Assembly (NCBI GenBank): GCA_038210785.1
Contig: JBBQWH010000002.1
Span: forward strand, 19,276-83,275
Direction: 5' to 3'
DNA length: 64,000 nucleotides
From: Sphingomonadales bacterium
GTDB lineage: Bacteria > Pseudomonadota > Alphaproteobacteria > Sphingomonadales > Sphingomonadaceae
This document shows, piece by piece, positions 1-10,337 of this stretch (position 1 is the first letter of the stretch; every line of letters starts with the position of its first letter). The position numbers were made by a program, and so were the translations under genes. The notes beneath the pieces are model-generated. The model worked only from the letters and a program-made list of their open reading frames with translations. It was not told the origin of the DNA and ran no database searches.

Positions 1-1248
1 TACCACCCCTATTTCCTGGCCTTCACGCTGGTGATGATTGCGCTGATCTGGGTGATATGGCTCACCTGGGGAAGCCGCGCGCTGCGCACCGGGGTCGATC
101 TCAGCCACGCCAAGCACAAGACCGGCGCCTGGCTTCAGGCGATCGGCGATTCCAACGGCTTCTTCAAGTCGCAGCGCCGGATCGACTACGCGCTCGACAA
201 GACCGATGATTACACCCGCAAATACATCACCGAACGCAAGCGCCATTTCCGCCACCTGTTCTCGCAGACCATCGCTTTTCTGCTGATGTATGCTGCGGCC
301 AGCGCTGTGCTGCTAGGGCTGGGCGGCTGGCTGGTCATTCAAAACGAGCTGACGCTGGGCCAGTTGGTCGCGGCCGAATTGGTGCTGTCGGCAGCGTTCG
401 TCGGCGTGGCGCAGCTTGGCAGCTATCTCGGCTATTTCTACGATCTGTTCGCGGCCGTGGAGGAAATTTCGCAATTCTACGATGTCGAACAGGAACAGCC
501 CAAGGGCGAGGACCCGTTCGACGGCCCCGATCACACGATCGTGATGAAAGGGGTGCGCGGGCCTGCGCGGCACGAAGAAGCGCAGTTCGATCTCGAAATC
601 CCGTCAGGCGCGATCATCATGGCCGCCGCCAGCCAGCCCGGGGTGCAGCGCTTGTTTACCAACCTATTGAAGCTGCACGTGCTGCCCAGCGGCGGCTACG
701 CAACGCTGGGCGGGATCGACATCAAGGCGATCGAGGCGCATCACCTGCGCAATAATGTCCACGTGCTCGAACGGCCGAGCTTTGTCGAGATGACGATCCG
801 GGAATATCTTGCGCTGTCCTGCCCCGATACCGCGCCGCAGCGGATGATCGGCGCGCTCGAAACGGTTGGCCTTGCCGATGCCATCGCCACGCTGGAAAAG
901 GGGCTCGATACCCCGATTGCCACGACCGGTTACCCGCTATCGGCGGTTGAATTGCAGCAATTGAAGCTCGCCAACGCGCTGCTCGAACGCCCGCGCATCC
1001 TGGTGCTGAGCCGGTTGTTCGACCTGCTCGATCCCGAACCGCTCGGGCGCGCGATCACCGAACTGCGTGCCCAAGCCTATTCGACTGTGATCTATTTTTC
1101 GAACCGGCGCATCGATCTGGGGTTTGACCGGTTCCTCTACCTCGAAGCCCACCGCCAGCGCAGTTTCGAGAATTTCGGCGATTTCTGCGCTGCAATGAAT
1201 CGGCCCGTGTTGCACCCGGGCGCGCCGCTGGCCAAGCGAGGCGCATGA
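1..1248 (+). CDS. ABC transporter permease/ATP-binding fusion of a type I secretion-like system (5' truncated; NBD degenerate)
   Basis: Frame is open from base 1. ABC TM segment (LGGWLVIQNELTLGQLVAAEL) precedes an NBD-like region. Overlaps the HlyD start, and TolC follows. Confidence 0.85.
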   Translation, partial: YHPYFLAFTLVMIALIWVIWLTWGSRALRTGVDLSHAKHKTGAWLQAIGDSNGFFKSQRRIDYALDKTDDYTRKYITERKRHFRHLFSQTIAFLLMYAAASAVLLGLGGWLVIQNELTLGQLVAAELVLSAAFVGVAQLGSYLGYFYDLFAAVEEISQFYDVEQEQPKGEDPFDGPDHTIVMKGVRGPARHEEAQFDLEIPSGAIIMAAASQPGVQRLFTNLLKLHVLPSGGYATLGGIDIKAIEAHHLRNNVHVLERPSFVEMTIREYLALSCPDTAPQRMIGALETVGLADAIATLEKGLDTPIATTGYPLSAVELQQLKLANALLERPRILVLSRLFDLLDPEPLGRAITELRAQAYSTVIYFSNRRIDLGFDRFLYLEAHRQRSFENFGDFCAAMNRPVLHPGAPLAKRGA

Positions 1249-2282
1249 GCATGGCGACGCTCAAGGAGGATATGGCGCATTTCACGACGCTCGCGTCGAT
1301 CAGGACGCCGCAAGTGATGCGGACGGTGTTTTTCATGCTGCTGGCGGCAATCGTGATCACAGTCGCGTTCCTGATCTATGTGCCGTGGGTGCAGACCACT
1401 TCGGGCCGCGGTGTGGTGACCACGCTCAACCCCAATGAACGCAAGCAGGATATCAACGCTCTGGTGCCCGGCCGGATCGAGGAATGGTTCGTGCGCGATG
1501 GCTCCTCGGTGAAGAAGGGCGATCCGATCGTCCGCATCGCCGATATCGATCCGCAGCTGATTGAACGCCTGCAGGCCGAGCGTCAGCAGATTGAACTGCA
1601 ATTGCAAGCCGCCCAGTCTGCGCTCGCCACCGCACAGATCGATGAGCGCCGCTCGCGCGAATTGTTTGAGGCCGGGCTATCGGCGCGGCGCGATTATGAA
1701 CTGGCGCAGATCAAGATCGCCGAAATGCAAGGGAGCGTCGCTGCGGCGCAGGCCAATCTCAACCGCGCGGATATCAACATTTCGCGCCAGTCGGTGCAGA
1801 TCGTGCGCGCGCCCCGCGATGGCTTCATCCAGAGCCTCAATGCCGGCGACGCCGCGACCTACATCAGCGCGGGCGCGGTGCTCGCCACTTTCGTGCCCGA
1901 CAACGCCGAGCGCGTGATCGAGATCTTCATCGACGGGCGTGATGTCGCGCTGGTCAAGCCAGGGGACAAGACCCGCATCCAGTTCGAAGGCTGGCCTGCG
2001 GTGCAGTTTTCGGGCTGGCCATCGACCGCCGTCGGCACCTTTGGCGGCATGGTGATCTCGGTCGACCAGTCGGCGCAGACCAATGGCAGGTTCCGGGTGC
2101 TGATCGCCGAGGATACCGCCGAACAATACCGCTGGCCCGAAGAACGCTACGTCCGCTTTGGCGCGGTGGTGCAGGCCTGGGTGCTGCTTGAGACCGTACC
2201 GGTCGGCTATGAAATCTGGCGCCAGCTCAACAACTTCCCGCCCGAACTGCCATCGGCGGCAAACACTGGGCCAGCAAACTAG
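1245..2282 (+). CDS. HlyD family membrane fusion protein
   Basis: N-terminal TM, lipoyl-like VRDGSSVKKGDPIV, coiled coil, VRAPRDG, FEGWPAVQFSGWP. Confidence 0.9.
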   Translation: MSMATLKEDMAHFTTLASIRTPQVMRTVFFMLLAAIVITVAFLIYVPWVQTTSGRGVVTTLNPNERKQDINALVPGRIEEWFVRDGSSVKKGDPIVRIADIDPQLIERLQAERQQIELQLQAAQSALATAQIDERRSRELFEAGLSARRDYELAQIKIAEMQGSVAAAQANLNRADINISRQSVQIVRAPRDGFIQSLNAGDAATYISAGAVLATFVPDNAERVIEIFIDGRDVALVKPGDKTRIQFEGWPAVQFSGWPSTAVGTFGGMVISVDQSAQTNGRFRVLIAEDTAEQYRWPEERYVRFGAVVQAWVLLETVPVGYEIWRQLNNFPPELPSAANTGPAN

Positions 2283-2284
2283 GG

Positions 2285-3772
2285 ATGCGCGGCGGGTTGG
2301 CCCTGTTGCGGCTGGGCGCGCTGCTCGGCGCGGTGCCGGCGTTGGCGCTCAGCGCGCTGCCAGCCGCGGCGCAGGATATCGCCCCGCTCGGCGATCCGCT
2401 CGATGCAGCGCTCACCACCGGCGCGTTGCTGCCGGAAGAAGTGCTGCGATCATCGGCGCTCACCTTCCCGTCGATCCTTGAAGCTTTCGAGCGCGAGGCT
2501 GCCGCGCGCAGCGATCAGCTTGCTGCGGACGGGGCGTTCGACCTGATGCTCAAGGGCGAATATTACGACCGACTGAGCGGCACATTCTCAGGCGGGTTCG
2601 CCAAGGCTGAAGCGCGCCAGCCGCTGCGTCCGCTCGGGGCCGAAGTGTTCGGTTCTTACCGCTTGTCGGATGGGCGCTTCCCGATTTACGAGAACATCAA
2701 CAACACCAACCAAGCAGGCGAGGTGAAGGTCGGTGCGCTGTTTTCGCTGCTGCGCAATCGCGACATCGACGCGCGCCGCTTCGGGATCGAGGACGCCCGG
2801 CTGGCCGCCAGTCAGGCGCGGCTCGATGTGATGCTGGTGCAACTCAACGTCCAGCACGAAGCGTTGCGGGCCTATTGGCGCTGGGTAGCGGCGGGTGAAG
2901 AAATCCCGGTGTTCGAGGAACTGCTCGAAATCACCGAAGCACGCCAGATCGGCCTCACCCGCGAGGTGAACGAGGGCGCACGGCCACGCATCGCGCTGAC
3001 CGAAAACGAGCAGAACCTGCTGGAGCGCCGTTCGCTGCTGGAAGACGTCAAGCGCAATTTCGTCGTCGCCGCCAACAGTCTTGGCTTTTATCTGCGCGGA
3101 TCGGACGGGCAGATGATCGTGCCAGCCCGCGAGATGCTGCCCGAGCGCACGCGGATCAAGGCGACGCAGCCGCCGGAGATGCTCGCGGCGAGACCTGTGA
3201 GCGAGATGATTAAGAGCCGCCCGGAGCTCCAGACCTTCAAGCTCGCGCTCGAACGGGCGACCAACAAGGTCGAACTCAAGCGCAACGACCTGCAATCCCG
3301 GCTCGACGCGAGTATCGAACTCTCGCGCGATTTTGGCGCGGTGGGGGATGGCGGTCCAACCTTCGATTCGACCGACACCGTTGTCGGCCTGACCTTCAGC
3401 GTGCCGTTGCAACGCCGCCAGGCGCGCGGGGCGGTGAGCCGCGCCGAAGCCGAACTGCGCGAGACCGAGCTGCGCCAGCGCCGCATCGCCGATCAGATCA
3501 CCACCGATGTCAGCAACATCCTCGCCAACCTGTCAGCAGCGCTGAAACTGGGCGAACTGGCCGATGCCGAGGTCAAGCAGGCCAACCAGATGGTGCAGGC
3601 CGAACGCACCCGCTTCCGGCTGGGCGCTGGCGACTTTTTCTTCGTCAACGATCGCGAAGAAACCGCTGCCAACGCCCAGATCAAGGCGATCCGCGCCAAG
3701 CTCGCCGGGCGATTGGCGGAGGCGAGTTTTAACGCGGCGACGATGAATCTTGCGGCGCTAGGGCTGGAGTAG
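2285..3772 (+). CDS. TolC family outer membrane efflux protein
   Basis: Signal peptide, helical repeats, VGLTFSVPL, ERTRFRLG; lies after HlyD. Confidence 0.88.
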   Translation: MRGGLALLRLGALLGAVPALALSALPAAAQDIAPLGDPLDAALTTGALLPEEVLRSSALTFPSILEAFEREAAARSDQLAADGAFDLMLKGEYYDRLSGTFSGGFAKAEARQPLRPLGAEVFGSYRLSDGRFPIYENINNTNQAGEVKVGALFSLLRNRDIDARRFGIEDARLAASQARLDVMLVQLNVQHEALRAYWRWVAAGEEIPVFEELLEITEARQIGLTREVNEGARPRIALTENEQNLLERRSLLEDVKRNFVVAANSLGFYLRGSDGQMIVPAREMLPERTRIKATQPPEMLAARPVSEMIKSRPELQTFKLALERATNKVELKRNDLQSRLDASIELSRDFGAVGDGGPTFDSTDTVVGLTFSVPLQRRQARGAVSRAEAELRETELRQRRIADQITTDVSNILANLSAALKLGELADAEVKQANQMVQAERTRFRLGAGDFFFVNDREETAANAQIKAIRAKLAGRLAEASFNAATMNLAALGLE

Positions 3773-3969
3773 GCGCAGGTGAGGCCTTGTTAGGCGCTTG
3801 TGCTTCGACGTCAGCTTCGTTCGGGGCGGGATCGCCGCAACGCTGGTGCAGATGAGCGCAAGACCGGCTTCCGCCTCCCGGCGTTCATCTCTCGGCAATC
3901 GCTGGTTGCCGATGGCGCGTTTACCGTTAAGGGAAACTGCTTCCGTTCACCATCGGGATCCGATCTTTC

Positions 3970-4713
3970 ATGACCACCAAATTGCTGACCGGGCTGCTGG
4001 CTAAACCCAGCGACACCGGGCTCGAGGCGCGTTGCACCCGAGCCGAGCGGTTGTTCCAGATCGCGTTCGGGGCGGTGCAATGGCCGTGGCTGCTGCGCAG
4101 TCTGTATGGCGGGACGCAGGCGCAGAAGCAGGCGCTGCTCGCGCGGGTCGGGCTGGAAGAGGGCGCGCTGCCGCATCTCGGCAGCTGGAAGGCGGATACC
4201 TATCTGCTGCACCGGATCGTCGACGTTATCGAAGAAGCGCGCCCGGCGAGCGTGGTTGAACTCGGTTCGGGCGCGACCTCGCTGGTGATCGCCAAGGCGC
4301 TGGCGCAACATGGCGGGGGCAAGTTGCACTCCTATGATCAGCACGCGCCGTTTGTCGAAGCGATGCAGGGCTGGCTGGCCGAACACGCGCTGGAAGCAGC
4401 GTTCCACCACGCGCCGCTGGGGCAGCGCGATGTGCGCTGGCCAGGACTGTGGTACAGCCTCACCGCGGTGCCGGGATCGATCGACCTGCTGGTGATCGAC
4501 GGGCCGCCGTGGGCCGTCCACCCGTTTGCGCGCGGGATGGCAGAGCGCCTGTTCCCCTTGGTCGCGCCGGGCGGCACAGTGCTGCTCGACGACGCCGCGC
4601 GCCCGGGTGAGCGCGTTGTTGCGCGGCGGTGGAAGAAAAACTGGCCCGACTTCGACTTTCACTACGAAGGCGCGGGCACCAAGGGGCTGCTGGTGGGCAC
4701 GCGCCGAGCCTAA
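3970..4713 (+). CDS. Class I SAM-dependent methyltransferase (Methyltransf_24-like)
   Basis: VVELGSGATS motif I, DLLVIDGPP, LVAPGGTVLLDD. Confidence 0.85.
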   Translation: MTTKLLTGLLAKPSDTGLEARCTRAERLFQIAFGAVQWPWLLRSLYGGTQAQKQALLARVGLEEGALPHLGSWKADTYLLHRIVDVIEEARPASVVELGSGATSLVIAKALAQHGGGKLHSYDQHAPFVEAMQGWLAEHALEAAFHHAPLGQRDVRWPGLWYSLTAVPGSIDLLVIDGPPWAVHPFARGMAERLFPLVAPGGTVLLDDAARPGERVVARRWKKNWPDFDFHYEGAGTKGLLVGTRRA

Positions 4714-5165
4714 ATCTTCCCCCTCAGCGCTTGATACGCCGCCGCCGCGACGGTGTTGGCAAGGTTGAGCGAGCGGATCACGTCCGAGCGCATTGGCAGG
4801 CGGAACAACCGGTCTTCATGCTGCGCAATTATGCTGCGCGGTATACCCTTGGTTTCCTGACCGAATATCAGCATAGCGTCCTCCGGATAGTCGGGCTCGT
4901 AAACGCTGCGGCTGCCGAATTCCTCGAACAGGAACAGCTGATCGAGGCGCGGGGTGCGGGCTTCGAGAAACGCGTCCCAGCTGGCATATTCGGTCAAGTG
5001 CACATGCCGCCAGTAATCAAGGCCGGAGCGCTTTACCCGCTTGTCCGAGATGTCGAACCCCAGCGGATGGATCAGGATCAGCTCCATGCCCAGTGCCACG
5101 CACGTACGCCCCACTGCGCCGGTATTGCCGGGGATTTCCGGCTGGATGAGGATGATGGCGGTCAT
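4710..5165 (-). CDS. trmL: tRNA (cytidine/uridine-34-2'-O)-methyltransferase, SPOUT family
   Basis: PEIPGNTG, KRSGLDYW, FGQETKG, RSLNLA; ATG overlaps the upstream stop (ATGA). Confidence 0.93.
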   Translation of the reverse strand: MTAIILIQPEIPGNTGAVGRTCVALGMELILIHPLGFDISDKRVKRSGLDYWRHVHLTEYASWDAFLEARTPRLDQLFLFEEFGSRSVYEPDYPEDAMLIFGQETKGIPRSIIAQHEDRLFRLPMRSDVIRSLNLANTVAAAAYQALRGKI

Positions 5166-5950
5166 GGCATTTGCGGCGCGGCGACCGCTTCGAGGTACGC
5201 GCTTAAAGTTGAGAAATGCGAGCAGCCGGGCAGCATTCGCACACCGGCGCAATGAGGCAGAGCCTCGCCCAATGGGTGCGCCATGGCAGGCGGGGTCCAA
5301 TCGTCTTCGCTCCCCTGCCAGATCGTCACCGGCTGATGCACCCGCGCCAGCTCTGCCGACCAGTCGGCGACATAGAGCGCAATTTCCTGCCGATAGGCCG
5401 CGCGCTGCGTCAGCAGGCTGTGGCGGAGCGACGCTGCCAGCTGTTCCATAAATTGCGGGTCGGCGGCCAAGGCGCGGTCTGCACCGCGCGGCGCCGCCAT
5501 CAGCGCAGCTGCCATTTGTGCCGCTGCCAACCGCGCCGCCTTCGCCTGCAACCACGTGAAGACGGCAAAGGGCACCCGCCCTAATTGAGCCGCACGAAAC
5601 ACAGGAGCGCCGGCCATTCCGCCAAGAAAGTCGCCAAGGGTCAACGGCGCGGCGGGAGAGACACAGTCGATCTGCCGCACCCGCGCGCCAAGCAAGGGCG
5701 CAACCCGCAACGCCGCCGCCGCGCCGAGCGAGAATGCGACCAGGTGCAGCGATCCATCAGGAAATTCCCGCAGGATCTGCTCAGCAAGCCTCCTGAAATA
5801 TCCGCTTGGATCACCGCCCGCCAAAGCATCGCTGCGCGCGACGTTATGGAAATGCCGGGCCGATGCGGCAATCGCTGGGCCGAAACTGGCCAGCTCCGCC
5901 GCCGAACCCGGCAGGCCGTGGAAATAGAGCGTCGTTTGGCCGGAATTCAT
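5162..5950 (-). CDS. alpha/beta fold hydrolase
   Basis: YFHGLPGS oxyanion motif, AFSLG nucleophile elbow, WQGSEDDWTP, C-terminal His. Confidence 0.85.
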   Translation of the reverse strand: MNSGQTTLYFHGLPGSAAELASFGPAIAASARHFHNVARSDALAGGDPSGYFRRLAEQILREFPDGSLHLVAFSLGAAAALRVAPLLGARVRQIDCVSPAAPLTLGDFLGGMAGAPVFRAAQLGRVPFAVFTWLQAKAARLAAAQMAAALMAAPRGADRALAADPQFMEQLAASLRHSLLTQRAAYRQEIALYVADWSAELARVHQPVTIWQGSEDDWTPPAMAHPLGEALPHCAGVRMLPGCSHFSTLSAYLEAVAAPQMP

Positions 5951-5984
5951 GATCGGACCAGCACCGGCCAACGTCAACGGCGAT

Positions 5985-7487
5985 CTAGCCCAGCTTATCC
6001 TTCAGCAGCGCGTTCACCACCCCCGGGTTGGCCTTGCCGGCCATCGCCTTCATCGTCTGGCCGACGAAGAAGCCGAACAGCGCTTCCTTGCCGCCGCGGT
6101 ACTGTTCGACCTTGTCGGCGTTGGCGGCGATGATTGCGTCGACGGTGGCTTCGATTGCGCCGGTATCAGAGACCTGCTTGAGGCCCTCGGCCTCGGCGAT
6201 TTCAGCCGGATCGCGGCCGGTCTTGAGAACGATTTCGAAGATTTCCTTCGCCTGCCCGCCGCTGATTTCGCCCGTGTCGGCCATCGCAAGGATGCTCGCC
6301 TGTGCGGCCGCCGTGGCGTTGGCGAGGTCGGCGTCATCGCCCAGCGCCTTGATCACGCCCGGCGCGACCGAGAGCGACCAGTTAGCGACCTGTGTGGCGA
6401 CGGCGGCTTGATCCTTACCAATCACCTTGGCGGTTTCAGCCAGCAGCGTTTCGAAGCGCGCGAAGGTCTCAACCTCGGCGGTCAGCTCGCGCGCGTTATA
6501 GGGGGTGAGTCCGAACACCTCGACGTAACGCTTGCGCTTGGCGTCCGGCAATTCCGGCAGCGACGCGCGGCATTCAGCGAGGAAATCCTCCTCCAGCACC
6601 AGCGGAAGCAGATCGGGATCGGGGAAATAGCGATAGTCGTGCGCGTCTTCCTTGCTGCGCATCGTCCGCGTTGTGCCGGTGCCCGGATCAAACAGCCGGG
6701 TTTCCTGCACAATCGTGCCGCCTGCTTCGAGCACATCGACCTGCCGCATCGCTTCATGCTCGATCGCCTGCATGACGTATCGCACCGAATTGACGTTCTT
6801 GGTTTCCGTCCGCGTGCCCAGCCCCTCACCCGGACGGCGCACGGAGACATTGACGTCCGCGCGCATCGAGCCTTCTTCCATGTTGCCATCGCACGAGCCG
6901 ACATAGCGCAGGATCGCGCGCAGCTTGCGCACGTAAGCCCCGGCCTCGGCCGGCGAGCGCAAGTCGGGGCGCGAGACAATTTCCATCAACGCGACGCCGC
7001 TGCGGTTCAAGTCGACGTAGCTCATCGTCGGGTGCTGATCATGCATCAGCTTGCCCGCGTCCTGCTCAACGTGAATACGCTCGATCCCGATCACTTTGTC
7101 GTGCGCGATGCCCGCCTTCTCGTCCGCATCGATCAGCAGCTGCCCCTCGCCGACGATCGGATGGTACAGCTGGCTGATCTGGTAGCCCTGCGGCAAATCG
7201 GCGTAGAAGTAATTCTTGCGATCAAACTGGCTCCACGCGTTGATCTCAGCCTCGATCGCCATCCCGGTGCGCACCGCCTGGCGGATGCATTCGCGGTTGG
7301 GCACCGGTAGCATCCCCGGCATCGCGGCATCGACAAGCGACACCTGCGAGTTCGGCTCCGCACCAAACGCGGTCGATGCGCCCGAAAACAGCTTGGAATG
7401 CGAAGTCACCTGCGCATGGACTTCAAGGCCGATAACGACCTCCCATTCGCCGGTTGCGCCCTGGATGCGGTAGTTGCTGTCAGTCAT
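5985..7487 (-). CDS. gatB: Asp-tRNA(Asn)/Glu-tRNA(Gln) amidotransferase subunit B
   Basis: [45 protein letters not shown]. Confidence 0.98.
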   Translation of the reverse strand: MTDSNYRIQGATGEWEVVIGLEVHAQVTSHSKLFSGASTAFGAEPNSQVSLVDAAMPGMLPVPNRECIRQAVRTGMAIEAEINAWSQFDRKNYFYADLPQGYQISQLYHPIVGEGQLLIDADEKAGIAHDKVIGIERIHVEQDAGKLMHDQHPTMSYVDLNRSGVALMEIVSRPDLRSPAEAGAYVRKLRAILRYVGSCDGNMEEGSMRADVNVSVRRPGEGLGTRTETKNVNSVRYVMQAIEHEAMRQVDVLEAGGTIVQETRLFDPGTGTTRTMRSKEDAHDYRYFPDPDLLPLVLEEDFLAECRASLPELPDAKRKRYVEVFGLTPYNARELTAEVETFARFETLLAETAKVIGKDQAAVATQVANWSLSVAPGVIKALGDDADLANATAAAQASILAMADTGEISGGQAKEIFEIVLKTGRDPAEIAEAEGLKQVSDTGAIEATVDAIIAANADKVEQYRGGKEALFGFFVGQTMKAMAGKANPGVVNALLKDKLG

Positions 7488-7890
7488 CATGATGGTCCGG
7501 TAAGATAAGTTCGACTTCAGGGAAATAGCGGCGAAAGCGGCGCGGGTCACGCGTCAGGATGCGTGCTTTGCGCACACTGGCATGCGCACCGATCAGGAGG
7601 TCAGGGAGAAGAGCTCCGCGCCTCCCGCCATTGTCGATCCAGTCGGCGAAGGCCTGACCGGCCCGGAATGCGACATCGGTATCAAGAGGATCGAGCGGGA
7701 GACCAAGAATTTTCATCACTTCGTCAAGTTGCTTCCGAGACTCCGCGCGTATGGCGAGTTCAGCCACGACGATACCATTTACGAAAGCTTGGGCTTCACG
7801 CGCTTCCGCCAGCATTTTTAAAGACCAGGCATGATAGGTAGCGGCAACGTTGAAAGAATCGATCGCGACATTCGAATCGACCAGAATCAT
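7480..7890 (-). CDS. vapC: PIN-domain toxin (VapC family)
   Basis: [28 protein letters not shown] acidic PIN residues; overlaps the antitoxin stop. Confidence 0.9.
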   Translation of the reverse strand: MILVDSNVAIDSFNVAATYHAWSLKMLAEAREAQAFVNGIVVAELAIRAESRKQLDEVMKILGLPLDPLDTDVAFRAGQAFADWIDNGGRRGALLPDLLIGAHASVRKARILTRDPRRFRRYFPEVELILPDHHDD

Positions 7891-8192
7891 TCGTCCACAA
7901 TCCCCTCGAACGGTTGGATGGGCTCGCGGATCAGTGCCATGAATTCGTCGGTATCCATGCCTTTGAACCGATCATTAGCCGCAAAAATCGCCTGAGCTTC
8001 GTTCATCCGCTCCAGAAATTCGGCTTTGCGCTGCTCGGCCTGAGCATCGGAATCGGCCTTAACGATCCGGACCGTACCATCGGGATCGGTTTCAATCTGG
8101 ACCTTATGCCCCGGCTTCAAGCCGAGCAGATCACGCACATCCTTGGGCACGGTGATCTGGCCCTTGGTGGTCATGTTGGTTTCGTAACGCAT
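7887..8192 (-). CDS. vapB: AbrB/MazE/SpoVT-family antitoxin
   Basis: MTTKGQITVPKDVRDLLGLKPG AbrB fold directly upstream of the PIN gene. Confidence 0.88.
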   Translation of the reverse strand: MRYETNMTTKGQITVPKDVRDLLGLKPGHKVQIETDPDGTVRIVKADSDAQAEQRKAEFLERMNEAQAIFAANDRFKGMDTDEFMALIREPIQPFEGIVDE

Positions 8193-8197
8193 AGGGA

Positions 8198-8227
8198 GGT
8201 ATTACCAAAAGCGAGTAATACCGTCAA
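8198..8227 (-). promoter_or_regulatory. vapBC sigma70-like promoter overlapped by a palindromic operator
   Basis: Minus strand TTGACG-N17-TAATAC, 6 nt before the ATG. Inverted repeat GGTATTAC-N9-GTAATACC at 8198-8222. Confidence 0.7.
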
Positions 8228-8243
8228 TCAAACGCCGCGCCGG

Positions 8244-8402
8244 TCAGCCCTCGTCCGGCGGCGTTTCATCCCGGTCGCGGGTGTCGAACCGCGCTTCGCC
8301 GTGATCGACGTTCTTGCGCACCCAATTGGCGACCATGAAGGTCACCGGCACCGCGAGCGCAATTGCCATCCCGGCAATCCACAGCGGCAGGTCTGCGTTC
8401 AC
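8244..8402 (-). CDS. Small 52-aa single-pass membrane protein (below ORF-track cutoff)
   Basis: GTG overlaps the gatA TGA (GTGA). [52 protein letters not shown]; codon usage looks host-like. Confidence 0.6.
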   Translation of the reverse strand: MNADLPLWIAGMAIALAVPVTFMVANWVRKNVDHGEARFDTRDRDETPPDEG

Positions 8403-9904
8403 CACCACTTGTCCGGCGCAGCTTTGAACCCGGCGCGCTGCTGGATCGCCAGCCCCGCATTGAGCACGCCCTGTTCGTCGAACGGGCGGCCGACCAGTTG
8501 CAGGCCCAGCGGCAACCCGTTCTCGTTAAGCATCGCTGGCACGCTCATCGCAGGCAGACCAGCCAGCGAGGCGGGCACAGCGAAGACATCGTTGAGATAC
8601 ATCGTGAGCGGGTCATCGTTCATCGAACCGAGCGGGAACGAAGCGGTCGGCGTGGTCGGCGCGAGGATCACGTCGCACTCTTGGAACGCTCGCTCGAAGT
8701 CGCGGGCGACCAATGCGCGGACCTTCTGGGCCTGCGTGTAATAGGCGTCGTAGAAGCCTGCCGACAGCACATAGGTGCCGATCAGGATGCGGCGCTTGAC
8801 CTCATCGCCGAACCCGGCGGCGCGGGTGGCGGCGTACATATCCTGCAGGCCCGATCCGCCTGCCCCGGCCGCCGAGCCGGGGTCCGGCAGGTCACGCAAC
8901 CCGTATCGCACTCCGTCATAACGCGCGAGGTTGGATGAGGCTTCTGCCGGCGCGACGATGTAATACGCGGGCAGCGCATATTTGGTGTGCGGCAACGAGA
9001 TGTCGACGATCTCGGCGCCGGCATCGCGCAGCCATTCCTTGCCCTGCTCCCACGAATCGAGGATTGCCTGATCGGTGCCCTCCATCCGGTATTCGCGCGG
9101 GATGCCGACCTTCTTGCCGCGCAAGTCGGCATTGAGCGCCGCTTCCCAATCCGGCACGGACATGTCGAGGCTAGTCGAATCCTTCGGATCAAACCCCGCC
9201 ATCGCACCCAGCATGATCGCGCAATCCTCGACCGAGCGGGCCATCGGCCCGGCCTGATCCAAGCTCGAGGCGAAGGCGACGATGCCCCAGCGCGAGCAGC
9301 GCCCATAGGTCGGCTTGATCCCACAAATGCCGGTAAAAGCGGCGGGCTGACGGATCGATCCGCCGGTGTCAGTACCGGTCGCAGCGGGCGCGATGCGCGC
9401 GGCCACCGCCGAAGACGACCCGCCCGACGAGCCGCCGGGGCTCATCGGCTGGTTCGACCCAGCCTTCTTCCACGGCGAGGAAACATTGCCGAAATAGCTC
9501 GTCTCGTTGGAAGAACCCATCGCGAACTGATCGAGGTTCAGCTTGCCCAGCATCCCCGCGCCCGCGTCCCACAGCTTCTGGGAGACGGTCGATTCGTAGC
9601 GCGGCACGAAACCTTCGAGGATGTGGCTGGCTGCGGTGGTCTGCACACCGTCGGTGGCGAACAGGTCCTTCATCCCGATCGGAACTCCCGCCATTGCGCC
9701 AAGCTGCCCGCCCGCAGCGCGCGCGGCGTCGACCGCATCGGCGGCAGCAAGCGCATGGTCGGGGGTGGTAACGATGAAGGCGTTCAGCGCGGCGGCCCCG
9801 GCGACTGCGGCGTTGAAGCCTTCCGCCACTTCGCGCGCGGTAAAGTCCCCGGCGCGCACCCCGTCGCGGATGGCTTTGACGCCGAGCTGGGTAAGGTCAG
9901 TCAT
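8399..9904 (-). CDS. gatA: Asp-tRNA(Asn)/Glu-tRNA(Gln) amidotransferase subunit A
   Basis: Amidase signature [50 protein letters not shown]. Confidence 0.98.
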   Translation of the reverse strand: MTDLTQLGVKAIRDGVRAGDFTAREVAEGFNAAVAGAAALNAFIVTTPDHALAAADAVDAARAAGGQLGAMAGVPIGMKDLFATDGVQTTAASHILEGFVPRYESTVSQKLWDAGAGMLGKLNLDQFAMGSSNETSYFGNVSSPWKKAGSNQPMSPGGSSGGSSSAVAARIAPAATGTDTGGSIRQPAAFTGICGIKPTYGRCSRWGIVAFASSLDQAGPMARSVEDCAIMLGAMAGFDPKDSTSLDMSVPDWEAALNADLRGKKVGIPREYRMEGTDQAILDSWEQGKEWLRDAGAEIVDISLPHTKYALPAYYIVAPAEASSNLARYDGVRYGLRDLPDPGSAAGAGGSGLQDMYAATRAAGFGDEVKRRILIGTYVLSAGFYDAYYTQAQKVRALVARDFERAFQECDVILAPTTPTASFPLGSMNDDPLTMYLNDVFAVPASLAGLPAMSVPAMLNENGLPLGLQLVGRPFDEQGVLNAGLAIQQRAGFKAAPDKWW

Positions 9905-9913
9905 TGTTTCCAA

Positions 9914-10003
9914 CCGTTCGCCCTGAGCCTGTCGAAGGGCTGTCCTTCTTCAGGGGCAGGTTCAAAAAGAAAAAGCCATCCTTCGCCAGGCTCAGGATGA
10001 TCG
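9914..10003. repeat. REP-like inverted doublet in the gatC-gatA spacer
   Basis: CCGTTCGCCCTGAGCCTGTCGAAGGG ... CCTTCGCCAGGCTCAGGATGATCG, imperfect inverted arms. Confidence 0.7.
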
Positions 10004-10021
10004 AGCGAAATCCTGCGGCTT

Positions 10022-10324
10022 TCACTCGATCACTTTCGGAACCCCGAAGAACCCGTGCTCGGCCGCAGGTGCGTTAGCGAGCACATCGCCCTGCCGCCCG
10101 CCGCCGGTGAGCGCATCGGCATCGGTCACATCATCCCGCAGCCGCAGCGTGTTCGGGATCACCGCCGCCATCGGCGCGATCCCGGTCACATCGACCTCGC
10201 CCAATTGTTCGACCCATTGGAGGATGCCGTTCAATTCGGGCACCATCTGTTCGAGCGCAGCATCATCCATGCGGATCCGCGCCAGCGACGCGATCTTGGC
10301 GACGGTTGCCTTGTCGACCGACAT
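10022..10324 (-). CDS. gatC: Asp-tRNA(Asn)/Glu-tRNA(Gln) amidotransferase subunit C
   Basis: [22 protein letters not shown]...FFGVPKVIE. Confidence 0.95.
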   Translation of the reverse strand: MSVDKATVAKIASLARIRMDDAALEQMVPELNGILQWVEQLGEVDVTGIAPMAAVIPNTLRLRDDVTDADALTGGGRQGDVLANAPAAEHGFFGVPKVIE

Positions 10325-10337
10325 TAGCGCGTGCCCC

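Noticed and set aside
3775-3969. Small ORF or sRNA between tolC and the methyltransferase
   Set aside because: No convincing RBS, coding signal or stable terminator structure
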